A stretch of 32,000 nucleotides of DNA from Erysipelothrix inopinata. Its GTDB lineage: Bacteria; Bacillota_I; Bacilli_A; Erysipelotrichales; Erysipelotrichaceae. The notes below the pieces were generated by a model. The model ran no database searches. It saw nothing but the letters and a program-made list of their open reading frames with translations, and had not been told where the DNA came from. The position numbers were made by a program, and so were the translations under genes. The DNA lies in assembly GCF_014396165.1 (NCBI RefSeq), contig NZ_CP060715.1, forward strand, positions 1,980,001 to 2,012,000, written 5' to 3'. Positions 1 through 8,615 of this stretch are shown here, piece after piece. How positions within the stretch are numbered: position 1 is the stretch's first letter; every line of letters starts with the position of its first letter.

Positions 1-525
1 CGATAAGAATACAAGAATGATACTAAAGATTGCGGCAACAATCCCAACAATATCATAGCTATAGTTCACGATAAGATAACCGGTTAGAAGAGAACCCAAT
101 GCCCATCCTAAAGAACCTAGAGCACGAATCAAACCAAATTTATCAAATAAACCATCAACTTCTAAGACCCACGTTTCAAAAAAACTTCCTAAAACACGGA
201 TGAGGCCTCCTGAAAATCCAAGTAGAACCAAGTGAACCCAAAAGTTCTTAGCTTCAAAGTGGTAAAACAAATAGCCACTGGCTGCAAGCATGAGTGTAAA
301 GAAAATAAAAAACTTCTTTATGGTTCCATAACGATCTGACAGATAGCCTGTAAGAATTTGTCCGAGCATTCCAACTATCGCAAAATATGCCAATAAGAAG
401 CCTCGCTCTGAAGATGAGTACCCAACATGTGTTAGATAGGGTACAAACTGTGTATAGAGAAATGAGTGTGACCAAAAGACCACAAACATCACGACACTAA
501 ATTTAAATGTTTTACTTTTTAACAT
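1..525 (-). CDS. MFS-type transporter, N-terminal part (gene runs off the window start)
   Basis: Not in the ORF track because no stop lies in the window. Manual reverse-complement translation from ATG at 525 gives MLKSKTFKFSVVMFVVFWSHSFLYTQFVPYLTHVGYSSSERGFLLAYFAIVGMLGQILTGYLSDRYGTIKK..., open to position 1. It has several hydrophobic helices and the MFS loop motif G-x-L-S-D-R-x-G between TM2 and TM3. The start overlaps the upstream gene's stop by 14 nt. Confidence 0.7.
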   Translation of the reverse strand, partial: MLKSKTFKFSVVMFVVFWSHSFLYTQFVPYLTHVGYSSSERGFLLAYFAIVGMLGQILTGYLSDRYGTIKKFFIFFTLMLAASGYLFYHFEAKNFWVHLVLLGFSGGLIRVLGSFFETWVLEVDGLFDKFGLIRALGSLGWALGSLLTGYLIVNYSYDIVGIVAAIFSIILVFLS

Positions 526-1060
526 GAATTATCCCTTCATTTGTTACGATTGCATCCAAGGCTATATCGTGTCCTTCTTGAAACTCTATGGCAACCTCTT
601 GGAAGTCATAGGCAATACCAATTTTATAAGGATTAATATCCTTGAGGTATGTATCGTAATAACCTTTACCATAACCCACACGATATCCGCTTCGATTAAA
701 TGCAAGAAGTGGCACAATCATAAAATCAATACAATCAGGGTTTGTTAATGCCCTAGTAATCGGTTCATGGACTCCAAAGTGTCCCGGTTCCAATTGTGTT
801 AGGCTTTCAATTTCGTAAAAATTCATCACGCTTCCCTCAATTTTCGGAACCGAAACTCTAATTTTTGAATCAAGGAGTGTTTGAATTAAGTGATGGGTGT
901 CGACTTCATCATTAAACGATACATAGATTCCGACATGACGTGCAGTTTTTAACACACCCAAACATGTCTCATAAATCACGCTTTGATAGCGTAGCGCTTC
1001 TTCACTCGACAGATTCGATCTTTTTCGTAACATTTCCTTTGCGATATCCTTTTTATGCAT
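512..1060 (-). CDS. 5-formyltetrahydrofolate cyclo-ligase
   Basis: The translation has the family hallmarks: ...VSFNDEVDT..., VPK...F..., and GYGKGYYD near the C-terminus. The ORF-track start at 1078 is a GTG. The ATG at 1060 (MHKKDIAKE...) lies 5 nt after AGGAGTGA, so I prefer it. Confidence 0.85.
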   Translation of the reverse strand: MHKKDIAKEMLRKRSNLSSEEALRYQSVIYETCLGVLKTARHVGIYVSFNDEVDTHHLIQTLLDSKIRVSVPKIEGSVMNFYEIESLTQLEPGHFGVHEPITRALTNPDCIDFMIVPLLAFNRSGYRVGYGKGYYDTYLKDINPYKIGIAYDFQEVAIEFQEGHDIALDAIVTNEGIIHVKK

Positions 1061-1089
1061 GTCTTTCACTCCTAACACTAATTGCTTCT

Positions 1090-1098
1090 ATTCTACCA
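1090..1098 (-). promoter_or_regulatory. Candidate extended -10 promoter (TGgTAGAAT on the minus strand) for the cyclo-ligase/MFS unit
   Basis: The reverse complement reads ...tatttGGTAGAATagaagc..., about 30 nt upstream of the ATG at 1060 and just downstream of the preceding terminator. No good -35 element. Confidence 0.3.
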
Positions 1099-1145
1099 AA
1101 TAATGAACGCAATAGGTATTAATTTTGGAGCTTTTTATATGACAC

Positions 1146-1180
1146 TTAAAACAAAAGGATGATTCTTAAATTCATCCCTT
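1146..1180 (-). terminator. Rho-independent terminator after the SGNH hydrolase gene
   Basis: The minus strand reads GGGATGA-atttaagaa-TCATCC followed by TTTTGTTTT. Stem arms are at 1157-1162 and 1172-1177. Confidence 0.6.
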
Positions 1181-1211
1181 TAATCAACACTGCTTTTATG
1201 CAGATTTTGGT

Positions 1212-1922
1212 TTATTGTTTCGTATATTTTATTATCTGATTCGCTATTAATCGATGGCCCTTTTTATTTGGGTGAACCCCATCTATCTTCAGACATGGTT
1301 TAAAGTTTAACGTTTGATCCATCATTGGCACAAACTGAAGCTCATGGTTTTGAGCGTAAGTCTGAAGTAAGTTTTCGATAGTGATAAGATGTTCGCGATT
1401 CATATCATAGTTATAGACATCTTGGTTGTGGACTTTATAAATAGGTGGTGGCCCTATCAGTACAATTTTGCATTGTGGGCTGGTGCGACGAACTTGATTT
1501 AGGAGTTCTTCCAAATCGCTAATAAACTGATCCTCCCCATGCCATACATCATTCTTAGAGTCATTTGTTCCCAGTTGAATGAATACCATTTGATACTTGT
1601 GTTTGACAGCTTTTTCCCAGTTAACATAATCCATAATACTGCGCGGATTGTTTCGACTCAAAGTCGCACCATTAACGGTCAGACCATAAAGTATAAAACT
1701 GTCTTTATAAGCTTCTTTAAGAATGTTTCGATACAAGTGCTTCTTGCGACACATTGCAAGCATACCAAAGCCAATGCTATCACTAATCAACAACGCATTG
1801 CTTTGAGTATCATCAACAGATGGGAAGGGATGCACATAATCCATGTAGTAATAAATAATAACTTTGTATGATATCCAACCAAGGACCACTGCTATCACAA
1901 CGCCTATTAGTATTGGTATCAT
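1212..1922 (-). CDS. Membrane-anchored SGNH/GDSL-family hydrolase (esterase/deacylase)
   Basis: N-terminal TM helix (IPILIGVVIAVVLGWISY). SGNH blocks are present: LISDSIGFG (block I Ser), QLGTNDS (block III Asn) and DGVHPN (block V Asp-x-x-His). The start shares one nucleotide (TAATG) with the upstream stop. Confidence 0.75.
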   Translation of the reverse strand: MIPILIGVVIAVVLGWISYKVIIYYYMDYVHPFPSVDDTQSNALLISDSIGFGMLAMCRKKHLYRNILKEAYKDSFILYGLTVNGATLSRNNPRSIMDYVNWEKAVKHKYQMVFIQLGTNDSKNDVWHGEDQFISDLEELLNQVRRTSPQCKIVLIGPPPIYKVHNQDVYNYDMNREHLITIENLLQTYAQNHELQFVPMMDQTLNFKPCLKIDGVHPNKKGHRLIANQIIKYTKQ

Positions 1923-2593
1923 TAGCGGTGCAACCTCTTACTTACTTCAAGTCTAAAGTTAGAATAAGATATGGATATCATGATAATCACAATAAGGATT
2001 GCTCCTGTTAAAGCTGCGACGCTTGGCCATATTACTGGAGATCCATGAATCAAACAAACGACAATTGGAAAAAGATTTAATCCTATCATTATTAAGACAT
2101 CTGATATTTTATCTTGATATTTGTCTCGATTGAGTAAAAGACTCATCATACAAAGTACCGATACCATCGTTCCCATAAGCGGGAAAATAAATACTATCGA
2201 CCATCCTATAAAACCATTCATAACATCAATAACAATACACATCACAACAAAGAATACATAGTTATTAATGATGCGACGCCCAAACTTTTTATGTTTATTA
2301 AACGTATCAAATAGAAATACGTTGGCGTACAAGCAACTTACAACGACAATAGGACTCCAATAGAATGAATTCACATGAAGCGTTAGTAAGTTCACAACTA
2401 CCGCTACAATCGAAATAAAGGCCATAAGAAGCCGGGATACTTTTCGAATGTTGAAGGCTTGTTGATTAGGGTTTTCTTGGTACTCTATATATTGAAAGGG
2501 ACTTTCGCCTTTTTCACCGACAGAGTGACCACATAAGGGGCAACATTCATGATTATCATAAACGTCAACCTGACAATGTTGGCATGTTTTCAT
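1922..2593 (-). CDS. Zinc-ribbon polytopic membrane protein of unknown function (DUF6320-like architecture)
   Basis: N-terminal CxxC...CxxC (CQHCQVDVYDNHECCPLCGH) followed by about 5-6 hydrophobic helices. The ORF-track start at 2641 overlaps the upstream gene. The ATG at 2593 (MKTCQHCQ) lies 1 nt after the upstream TAG and is preferred. Confidence 0.6.
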   Translation of the reverse strand: MKTCQHCQVDVYDNHECCPLCGHSVGEKGESPFQYIEYQENPNQQAFNIRKVSRLLMAFISIVAVVVNLLTLHVNSFYWSPIVVVSCLYANVFLFDTFNKHKKFGRRIINNYVFFVVMCIVIDVMNGFIGWSIVFIFPLMGTMVSVLCMMSLLLNRDKYQDKISDVLIMIGLNLFPIVVCLIHGSPVIWPSVAALTGAILIVIIMISISYSNFRLEVSKRLHR

Positions 2594-2594
2594 A

Positions 2595-3851
2595 CTATTC
2601 TTGACTCCATTCATTGGCATAAACCGAAACATTGAGGTCATAATTCTGGGATAACAATCTAAAGAATCTCCGAATCACGGCATTATCGGTATTTCTGTTA
2701 ATAAACGATACTGTCATTTGATTGCCATACGTAATAACACCACAATTAATCGGACTTTTTTTCGTTGGATACAAAAGTGCCTCCATTCCAAGAATGTGTG
2801 CTTTCATTGGATCCGGCATATCAACAATTCCAATATTTGATAACGTGACTGTTTTCGTATTTTCTCCCAAGAAGAAAGAACCCAAACTGATAATTCTATT
2901 TTTTAATGCTAAAGGAACAAACGCAGCTCCTGGTATTTTTTCATAAGCAACATTATTGGTAATAATACTTTGTAATGAGTTCGGACTTAATTCAAACTGA
3001 AGTTGTTCTTTAACCGATTCAATGACTTCTTCTGAAGTTAATGTTTCTTCCCAGACAACACCAATATTTGCTACCCCGAAGAAATTACTGAGCGTTTTTG
3101 AATCAAAATGCTTTCGTAGATTCACAGGTATCGAAACAACAATGGGTTTGCCTTTACTTTGATCGGTTTCAATCGCAATGGCTTCAATCAGAGTTGCAGT
3201 TAATAAAGTTGTAATGGACACACCCAAGCTTTTCGAAAGCTTATGAATTTCGTCGACCTTTAAATGACCATGGATTGCTCCATTACCACCATTAGCATAA
3301 GGATATCCTTGGATATGATAAGCAAACGGAAGTTTCTTCTTCACATTAAAATGAGGTCGATAATTTTTCAGGTAACTATCTTCATAGTCATTACGGTTTA
3401 AGGAATCGGTAGTGCGAACTTTCCCTTGTGCATCATCACCTTCTAAGTAGAAGAAAACCAGCGACTTAAGAAATTCTGTAGCACCTGTTCCATCCGTTAA
3501 GGTATGAAAGACCTCAACCGATATTCTATTATTACCATATAAAATTCGTATTAAATCCCTGCTGTATTCAAAATCAAAAGGTTTACAAGGATAGTCACAT
3601 TCTAGTGAGACTTGAATGGGTTCATCTAAAGAATTGAGATAATTCCAAAACAACCCTTTTCGAAGCTCAACCATATACATCGGATAGCATTCAAAAACTT
3701 TCATTGAGGCATTTTGTAACTGATCACCGTCAATTGTTTGATCTAAAATCATACTGACACGAAATACAGAAGAATTTTTTGAGTTCGCAACTGCTGGAAA
3801 CAGGTTTGCGGAGTTATCAAGTTTATACCATGAATTTTTCATTAGAGACAC
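2595..3851 (-). CDS. Condensation-domain / alcohol-acetyltransferase-like acyltransferase
   Basis: 418 aa with the HxxxDG catalytic motif of the condensation / WS-DGAT / PapA5 superfamily (VFHTLTDGTGATEF). The N-terminus (WYKLDNSANLFPAV) is typical of this family. AGGTG RBS 8 nt before the ATG. Confidence 0.7.
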   Translation of the reverse strand: MSLMKNSWYKLDNSANLFPAVANSKNSSVFRVSMILDQTIDGDQLQNASMKVFECYPMYMVELRKGLFWNYLNSLDEPIQVSLECDYPCKPFDFEYSRDLIRILYGNNRISVEVFHTLTDGTGATEFLKSLVFFYLEGDDAQGKVRTTDSLNRNDYEDSYLKNYRPHFNVKKKLPFAYHIQGYPYANGGNGAIHGHLKVDEIHKLSKSLGVSITTLLTATLIEAIAIETDQSKGKPIVVSIPVNLRKHFDSKTLSNFFGVANIGVVWEETLTSEEVIESVKEQLQFELSPNSLQSIITNNVAYEKIPGAAFVPLALKNRIISLGSFFLGENTKTVTLSNIGIVDMPDPMKAHILGMEALLYPTKKSPINCGVITYGNQMTVSFINRNTDNAVIRRFFRLLSQNYDLNVSVYANEWSQE

Positions 3852-3881
3852 CTATATATAACCTTTAATATCGTAAAGATA

Positions 3882-3912
3882 AGTATATACATTTGTGTTA
3901 CACCAATGTCAA
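3882..3912 (-). promoter_or_regulatory. MerR-type promoter: TTGACA, 19-bp spacer, TATACT, with a 21-bp imperfect dyad operator
   Basis: The minus strand reads TTGACA(3912-3907) ttggtgtaacacaaatgta TATACT(3887-3882). The dyad ACATTgGTGTaACACaAATGT (3889-3909) has 9 of 10 arm pairs. It sits immediately downstream of the merR stop and upstream of the acyltransferase gene. Caveat: a 17-bp spacer with a weaker -10 (TATATA) can also be read. Confidence 0.6.
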
Positions 3913-3927
3913 GAACTCACGATTAGT

Positions 3928-4713
3928 TCACATTGCTTTCCCACTATATACTTGTACCAGATACTGCCACTTCAAGATTCCAACTACCATAACCTCTTGA
4001 ATCACAATTTTACTCTTATAATTATAATCGCGTCTCACCTTCTCTACAAGGTATTGAGTTACTTGATCGACCGTATCAGGATTGCTCTCCATACAAAGAT
4101 AGATACCACTAGGCACCACAACAAGAGGTATGGTTTCATCATAACGTTCACACACTGTAAAGAGTTTCGTTTCGTTTTTATTTAAGTAGAGACCAGCGAT
4201 ATTTTCAAATTTAAATTTATCACTAAAATCCGGACCCAACTGTGCATAAAAACTTGCATGATAGTTTTCAAGATTGTTTAAATTTGGAACATCATCTGTA
4301 TCAGATAAAAGCAAGACTCTCTTTGGATAGTTTATTTCAATGGCTTGATCTGCTCTAACATATTTCTTAGCCTTCTCTATAAAGTCCGCTTTAGCACGAC
4401 TTATCTTTTCTCGACTCTCATTTAAAAGTTTGATTTTCTCTTCTGCCTTAGCCTCTGCCTCGTTCATGAATGCAATAACATCATTAAAATTATCATATTC
4501 CAGCACTTCTTTAATCCGTGCTAACGATATATCCATTTGTTGAAGAGACAGTATCGCCGTGAGTATTACCAAGTCTTGATCTGAATAATAGCGATATCGC
4601 GTTTCAGAATCAGTTTTAGACGGAACTAAGATTCCAATACGATCATAATGACGTAATGTTTCAGTTGTAATTCCTGCTTTTTTGGCAGTTTCACCTATGG
4701 TATAAAACTTCAT
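3928..4713 (-). CDS. MerR-family transcriptional regulator with a C-terminal putative effector-binding domain
   Basis: N-terminal MerR HTH (YTIGETAKKAGITTETLRHYDRIGIL), a coiled-coil dimerisation helix, then a ~150-aa C-terminal domain with BmrR/GyrI-like architecture. The ATG at 4713 (MKFYTIGE), with AAAGGA 10 nt upstream, is preferred over the GTG at 4722. Confidence 0.85.
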   Translation of the reverse strand: MKFYTIGETAKKAGITTETLRHYDRIGILVPSKTDSETRYRYYSDQDLVILTAILSLQQMDISLARIKEVLEYDNFNDVIAFMNEAEAKAEEKIKLLNESREKISRAKADFIEKAKKYVRADQAIEINYPKRVLLLSDTDDVPNLNNLENYHASFYAQLGPDFSDKFKFENIAGLYLNKNETKLFTVCERYDETIPLVVVPSGIYLCMESNPDTVDQVTQYLVEKVRRDYNYKSKIVIQEVMVVGILKWQYLVQVYSGKAM

Positions 4714-4739
4714 CTGTATCACGTCCTTTTCTTTTTATA

Positions 4740-4768
4740 ATCGTAACATGATGCACTTTATCTCACAA
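4740..4768 (-). promoter_or_regulatory. Candidate merR promoter (TTGTGA, 17 bp, TGtTACGAT)
   Basis: On the minus strand, -35 TTGTGA is at 4768-4763, the spacer is 17 nt, and -10 TACGAT at 4745-4740 is preceded by TGt. Motif match only. Confidence 0.3.
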
Positions 4769-4857
4769 TAAAAGATTAGGAAGTTCGAAAGTAATCTTTA
4801 TTTCATATTAGTAAAGGTGGGATACTAATGTAAATAAGTTTTAAGCCAATTTCAATA

Positions 4858-4887
4858 TTGTACTTGGTTATAACTTATGTTATAACC
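4858..4887 (+). promoter_or_regulatory. Toxin-antitoxin promoter with an overlapping perfect palindromic operator
   Basis: -35 TTGTAC (4858-4863), 17-nt spacer, -10 TATAAC (4881-4886) preceded by TGt. A perfect 9-bp inverted repeat GGTTATAAC-ttat-GTTATAACC (4866-4887) covers the spacer and -10. RBS AGAGGTGA precedes the ATG at 4907. Confidence 0.55.
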
Positions 4888-4906
4888 AGGTTAAAGAGGT
4901 GATTTC

Positions 4907-5167
4907 ATGGCAACAATTAAGGTACGTAAAATTGGAAATTCAATGGGAATTATTTTACCCAAAGAAAGCGGGTTGCAAATTGGCGATAATTTAAGCTTTA
5001 GGAAAGAAGGGAAAAAATTGATCTTTGATACTGAAAATGTAGAAATAGAACATGATAAGAAACTCATTGAAGAAAGTTTTAGAGATTTCTCCAATAACAA
5101 TACACTGCATGAAAAGGATATGAAACGTAAATTTTCAAAGTATGGTTGGAATACAGATGAATTATGA
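4907..5167 (+). CDS. AbrB/MazE/SpoVT-fold type II antitoxin
   Basis: The N-terminus MATIKVRKIGNSMGIILPKESGLQIGD is the canonical swapped-hairpin SpoVT-AbrB motif (R-K-x-G-N-S-x-G-I-x-L-P-K). 86 aa, overlapping the downstream gene by 11 nt. Confidence 0.8.
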   Translation: MATIKVRKIGNSMGIILPKESGLQIGDNLSFRKEGKKLIFDTENVEIEHDKKLIEESFRDFSNNNTLHEKDMKRKFSKYGWNTDEL

Positions 5168-5471
5168 CTTAATCTTTTCTGAAAATTTTGTTTTGAATCT
5201 CGAAAAATTAATCTACCATTGGGAGTCCGAATTGGGATTTTCTAATGAGGAAATTAGTAAATTTGTGACGTCAATTGGAACATCACTAAAACTACTAAGA
5301 AAAGTTCCTGAAATGCACGAGGAAGTTTCTAAAATATATCATTTCGCAATACCTACATATAGAATCTTAATTGGAAAACAGTATGCAATCTTTTATCGGG
5401 TCGATCATAAGACTAAACAAGTACATATTGGATCACTATTTAGCCAAAAACAGATGAGAGTTCATTTCTAA
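5157..5471 (+). CDS. ParE/RelE-superfamily type II toxin
   Basis: 104 aa from the ATG at 5157 (MNYDLIFSENF...). The pattern Y-x-L-I-F-S...L..L...P...YR.L.GK.YAIFYRVDHKTKQVHIGSLF matches the ParE/RelE fold signature (Y.I.Y.vd.....v.I). The ATG at 5142 is an alternative start. Confidence 0.6.
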   Translation: MNYDLIFSENFVLNLEKLIYHWESELGFSNEEISKFVTSIGTSLKLLRKVPEMHEEVSKIYHFAIPTYRILIGKQYAIFYRVDHKTKQVHIGSLFSQKQMRVHF

Positions 5472-5493
5472 AAGTAGCATACGCTACTTTTTT
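5471..5493 (+). terminator. Rho-independent terminator after the TA pair
   Basis: AAAGTAGC-atac-GCTACTTT followed by TTT. Confidence 0.6.
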
Positions 5494-5501
5494 ATAAAAA
5501 C

Positions 5502-5533
5502 AAACACTAAATACAAATATGTACTTAGTGTTT
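5502..5533 (-). terminator. Terminator after sufB (convergent with the TA terminator)
   Basis: 9-bp arms AAACACTAA and TTAGTGTTT with a 14-nt loop. On the minus strand it is followed by GTTTTTAT. Confidence 0.5.
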
Positions 5534-5543
5534 ATTGAAAAGA

Positions 5544-6968
5544 TTACCCAACAGAGCCTTCCATTTCCATCTTCATGAGTTGATTTAATTCAACAGCATA
5601 TTCCATAGGAAGCTCACGTGTAAACGGTTCTAAAAATCCGAGGATAATTGTCTCCGAAGCTTGTTCTTCCGAAAGTCCACGACTCATAAGATAGAAAAGT
5701 TCTTCTTCTGATATTTTTGATACCCGTGCCTCATGTTCAATAATTGAAGCATTGGTTTCCACAATGTTAACCGGCATTGTATCACTCATTGAGAGTTGAT
5801 CTAAAATTAAAGTATCACACTCAATCTTAGTTTTCGCATTTGTTGCATTCTTATCATGATGCACCACGCCTCGATAGTTAACGACGCCACCATTACGAGA
5901 TACTGATTTTGAAATAATGGTACTTTGAGTATTAGGTGCTTTATGAATCATTTTAGCTCCCGCATCTTGCCATTGGTTCTTACTTGCTACAGCAATCGAA
6001 ATTGTCATTCCTTTTGCATAAGGGCCATTAAGAATACAAGATGGGTATTTCATTGTTTTATAGGCACCAATGTTTCCATCAATCCATTCCATAATACCAT
6101 GTGCTTCTACCATTGAACGTTTCGTTACCAGGTTATAGACATTGCCCGACCAGTTTTGAATGGTTGTGTAACGGCATTTTGCGTTCTCATGAACGAAGAT
6201 TTCAACAACAGCTGCATGCATGGAGTTCTTAGAATAGATTGGTGCTGTACATCCTTCAACGTAGTGAACGTCTGCCCCTTCATCAACAATAATTAAAGTT
6301 CTTTCAAACTGCCCCATTTGTTCGGCATTAATTCTAAAGTAGGACTGGAGTGGTTTATCAAGAACAACACCTTTAGGAACATAAATAAAGGATCCCCCTG
6401 ACCAGACCGCTGTATTAAGCGCAGCAAACTTATTATCATTATAAGGAACAAGTGTATTAAAGTATTTCTTGACGATTTCAGGATAATCTCTCAATCCTGT
6501 ATCCATATCAAAGAATAAGATCCCCTTATCTTCAACTTCCTTCAACATGCTTGCATAAACAACTTCAGAATCATATTGTGTAGCAACTCCGGATAAATAT
6601 TTTGCTTCTGCTTCTGGAATCCCTAATCTCTCAAATGTATTCCGAATGTCTTCGGGAACATCTTCCCAGTTTGTTTCTGCACGTTCACTTGCACGTAAGT
6701 AATAAATATACTCATCGAAGTTTACACCACTAAGATCTGCTCCCCATTCTGGCATTGGCATAGCTTCAAAAGCATGAAATGCTTTTAAACGTAACTCCAA
6801 CATCCATTCCGGTTCTTGTTTGATTCGAGATATTTCACGAACCACATTTTCATTCAGTCCTTTATCAAATTCAACGACCGCTTGAACGTTATCATGAAAC
6901 CCATATTGATATTCTTCATTGGGTAAACGATCGCGATCGGTTATCTTATCATCACACATCGGATTCAT
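5544..6968 (-). CDS. sufB: Fe-S cluster assembly scaffold protein SufB
   Basis: Highly conserved SufB sequence throughout (e.g. ...[23 protein letters not shown]...IQNWS...). Last gene of a sufCDSUB operon. The ATG at 6968 follows GAGGAGG; the track start at 6980 is a TTG inside that RBS. Confidence 0.95.
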   Translation of the reverse strand: MNPMCDDKITDRDRLPNEEYQYGFHDNVQAVVEFDKGLNENVVREISRIKQEPEWMLELRLKAFHAFEAMPMPEWGADLSGVNFDEYIYYLRASERAETNWEDVPEDIRNTFERLGIPEAEAKYLSGVATQYDSEVVYASMLKEVEDKGILFFDMDTGLRDYPEIVKKYFNTLVPYNDNKFAALNTAVWSGGSFIYVPKGVVLDKPLQSYFRINAEQMGQFERTLIIVDEGADVHYVEGCTAPIYSKNSMHAAVVEIFVHENAKCRYTTIQNWSGNVYNLVTKRSMVEAHGIMEWIDGNIGAYKTMKYPSCILNGPYAKGMTISIAVASKNQWQDAGAKMIHKAPNTQSTIISKSVSRNGGVVNYRGVVHHDKNATNAKTKIECDTLILDQLSMSDTMPVNIVETNASIIEHEARVSKISEEELFYLMSRGLSEEQASETIILGFLEPFTRELPMEYAVELNQLMKMEMEGSVG

Positions 6969-7392
6969 GTCCCTCCTCAATTATCTTCACAGCACCACGC
7001 CAGCCTAAAGTCGCACAGGTAATACGATTGGCTTGACGTCCAACATTTTTAAAAGCAACTGCCTCTTGCAAGAGCTCCTCATTATAAGATTCAAGATGAA
7101 CCATACGATTAAACTCAGCAATGATTGCTTCTGCTTCTTCAATTGTTTTTCCTTTTAAGAGCTCAGTCATGATTGAAGCTGATGATGTTGCAATAGTACA
7201 GGCTTGACCATCAAAGCAAATGTCTTCAATAACATCGTTTACAATTTTCACTTGAATTGTAAGGTCATCAATACATGAATCAGTACTAACTCTTGCATGA
7301 GGGTAGTCTGCTTCTGTTCTTTTATTTCTTGGATTTTCATAGTGATCCATAATTATTTGTCTTAAAAATTGGGGATCATCAAAATAATTCAT
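6952..7392 (-). CDS. sufU: SufU (IscU-like) sulfur-transfer protein
   Basis: 146 aa with the three conserved Cys contexts ([26 protein letters not shown]). Sits between sufS and sufB as in Gram-positive suf operons. Confidence 0.9.
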   Translation of the reverse strand: MNYFDDPQFLRQIIMDHYENPRNKRTEADYPHARVSTDSCIDDLTIQVKIVNDVIEDICFDGQACTIATSSASIMTELLKGKTIEEAEAIIAEFNRMVHLESYNEELLQEAVAFKNVGRQANRITCATLGWRGAVKIIEEGHESDV

Positions 7393-7403
7393 ATTATCCC
7401 TCC

Positions 7404-8615
7404 TTATATATAGAGATCAATGCATTTCTCAAGCGTAATGGTACGCATTGCCTCTAAGAATTGTTGAATCTCAGCTTCTGTATTATAGAAATACAGAGAT
7501 AAACGAATACTTTTTTCTGCATGGAGGACACCATTTAACATCTTGGCACAATGTTCTCCAGATCTTACATATACTTTTTCTTTATTTAAATAGGCTGCGA
7601 CATCTTGAGCAAAGATGCCATCGACACTAAAGGATACAATCGCAGAATCCGATTCGGGGTTATAGACCTTTACATGTTCCATTTCAAGTAAGCCATCAAT
7701 CACTTTTTTATGAAGTGGATCAACAATTTCATGAATGTTAGCCATGCCCAGATCATTTAAATAATCTAAAGCTGCACCAAATCCGATAACACCTTCGATA
7801 TTAGGCGTCCCAGCTTCAAATTTTGCAGGAGCCTCTTTTAAGACAACTTCACCACAAGCATTAAAACGAACATTTGATCCACCACCATGGGCAATCGGAT
7901 TCATTACTTTAAGCAGTTCTGGTTTTCCGTAAAGAACTCCCACACCTGTAGGACCTAACATTTTATGAGCAGAGAATGCGTAGAAATCGACATCTAATTC
8001 ATTCACATCAACAGGCATATGCCCAATGGATTGCGCACCGTCAACACACAACACTGCCCCAAACTCATGAACAATTTGACCGATATGTTTTATATCATTA
8101 ATATAACCCAAAACATTTGATATATGTGCGATTGATACGACCTTTACATCATCATGCATTGCGTTTCGCAGTGCAGTCTCCGTGATTCTTCCATTAGAAT
8201 CTAATTTAATGAATTCAACTTTAATTCCAATATCTTGTGCTAAGGAATACCAAGGTAACGTATTAGAAGCATGTTCAGATTCGTTCAGTAATACAACGTC
8301 GCCCGCTTTCAAACAAGTCTTACCATAACCATAGGCCACTAAGTTTAAGCTCTCACTCGCACCGGAAGTAAACACAATGTTTTTTGCTTCGGTATTAATG
8401 AATTGTGCTGTTTTTTGTCGTGCAGACTCATATTTCTGACTGGTGATTAATGATGTTTCGTAATCACCACGATGAATGTTTGAACTTAAGTTTTCATAAT
8501 AGTCCGTTACGGCATCAATCACGCACTTTGGTTTAAGTGTGGTTGCGGCATTATCAAAATAAGCGATATCTGGATGTTTAACAATAAATGGAAAATCATC
8601 TCTTATTCTTGCCAT
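7404..8615 (-). CDS. sufS: Cysteine desulfurase SufS (class II aminotransferase V)
   Basis: PLP-lysine motif SAHKMLGPTGVGVLYG and active-site Cys motif RSGEHCA. Confidence 0.95.
   Translation of the reverse strand: MARIRDDFPFIVKHPDIAYFDNAATTLKPKCVIDAVTDYYENLSSNIHRGDYETSLITSQKYESARQKTAQFINTEAKNIVFTSGASESLNLVAYGYGKTCLKAGDVVLLNESEHASNTLPWYSLAQDIGIKVEFIKLDSNGRITETALRNAMHDDVKVVSIAHISNVLGYINDIKHIGQIVHEFGAVLCVDGAQSIGHMPVDVNELDVDFYAFSAHKMLGPTGVGVLYGKPELLKVMNPIAHGGGSNVRFNACGEVVLKEAPAKFEAGTPNIEGVIGFGAALDYLNDLGMANIHEIVDPLHKKVIDGLLEMEHVKVYNPESDSAIVSFSVDGIFAQDVAAYLNKEKVYVRSGEHCAKMLNGVLHAEKSIRLSLYFYNTEAEIQQFLEAMRTITLEKCIDLYI

Noticed and set aside
254-475. 73-aa minus-strand ORF from the track
   Set aside because: It is out of frame with, and wholly inside, the much longer open frame starting at 525. 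That frame carries MFS helices and the G-x-L-S-D-R-x-G motif, so this ORF is a shadow of it.
4771-4799. AT-rich inverted repeat AAAGATTA-N13-TAATCTTT in the merR/TA intergenic region
   Set aside because: The all-A/T stem is weak with a large loop, and no convincing U-tract or promoter context exists. It could be chance in AT-rich DNA.
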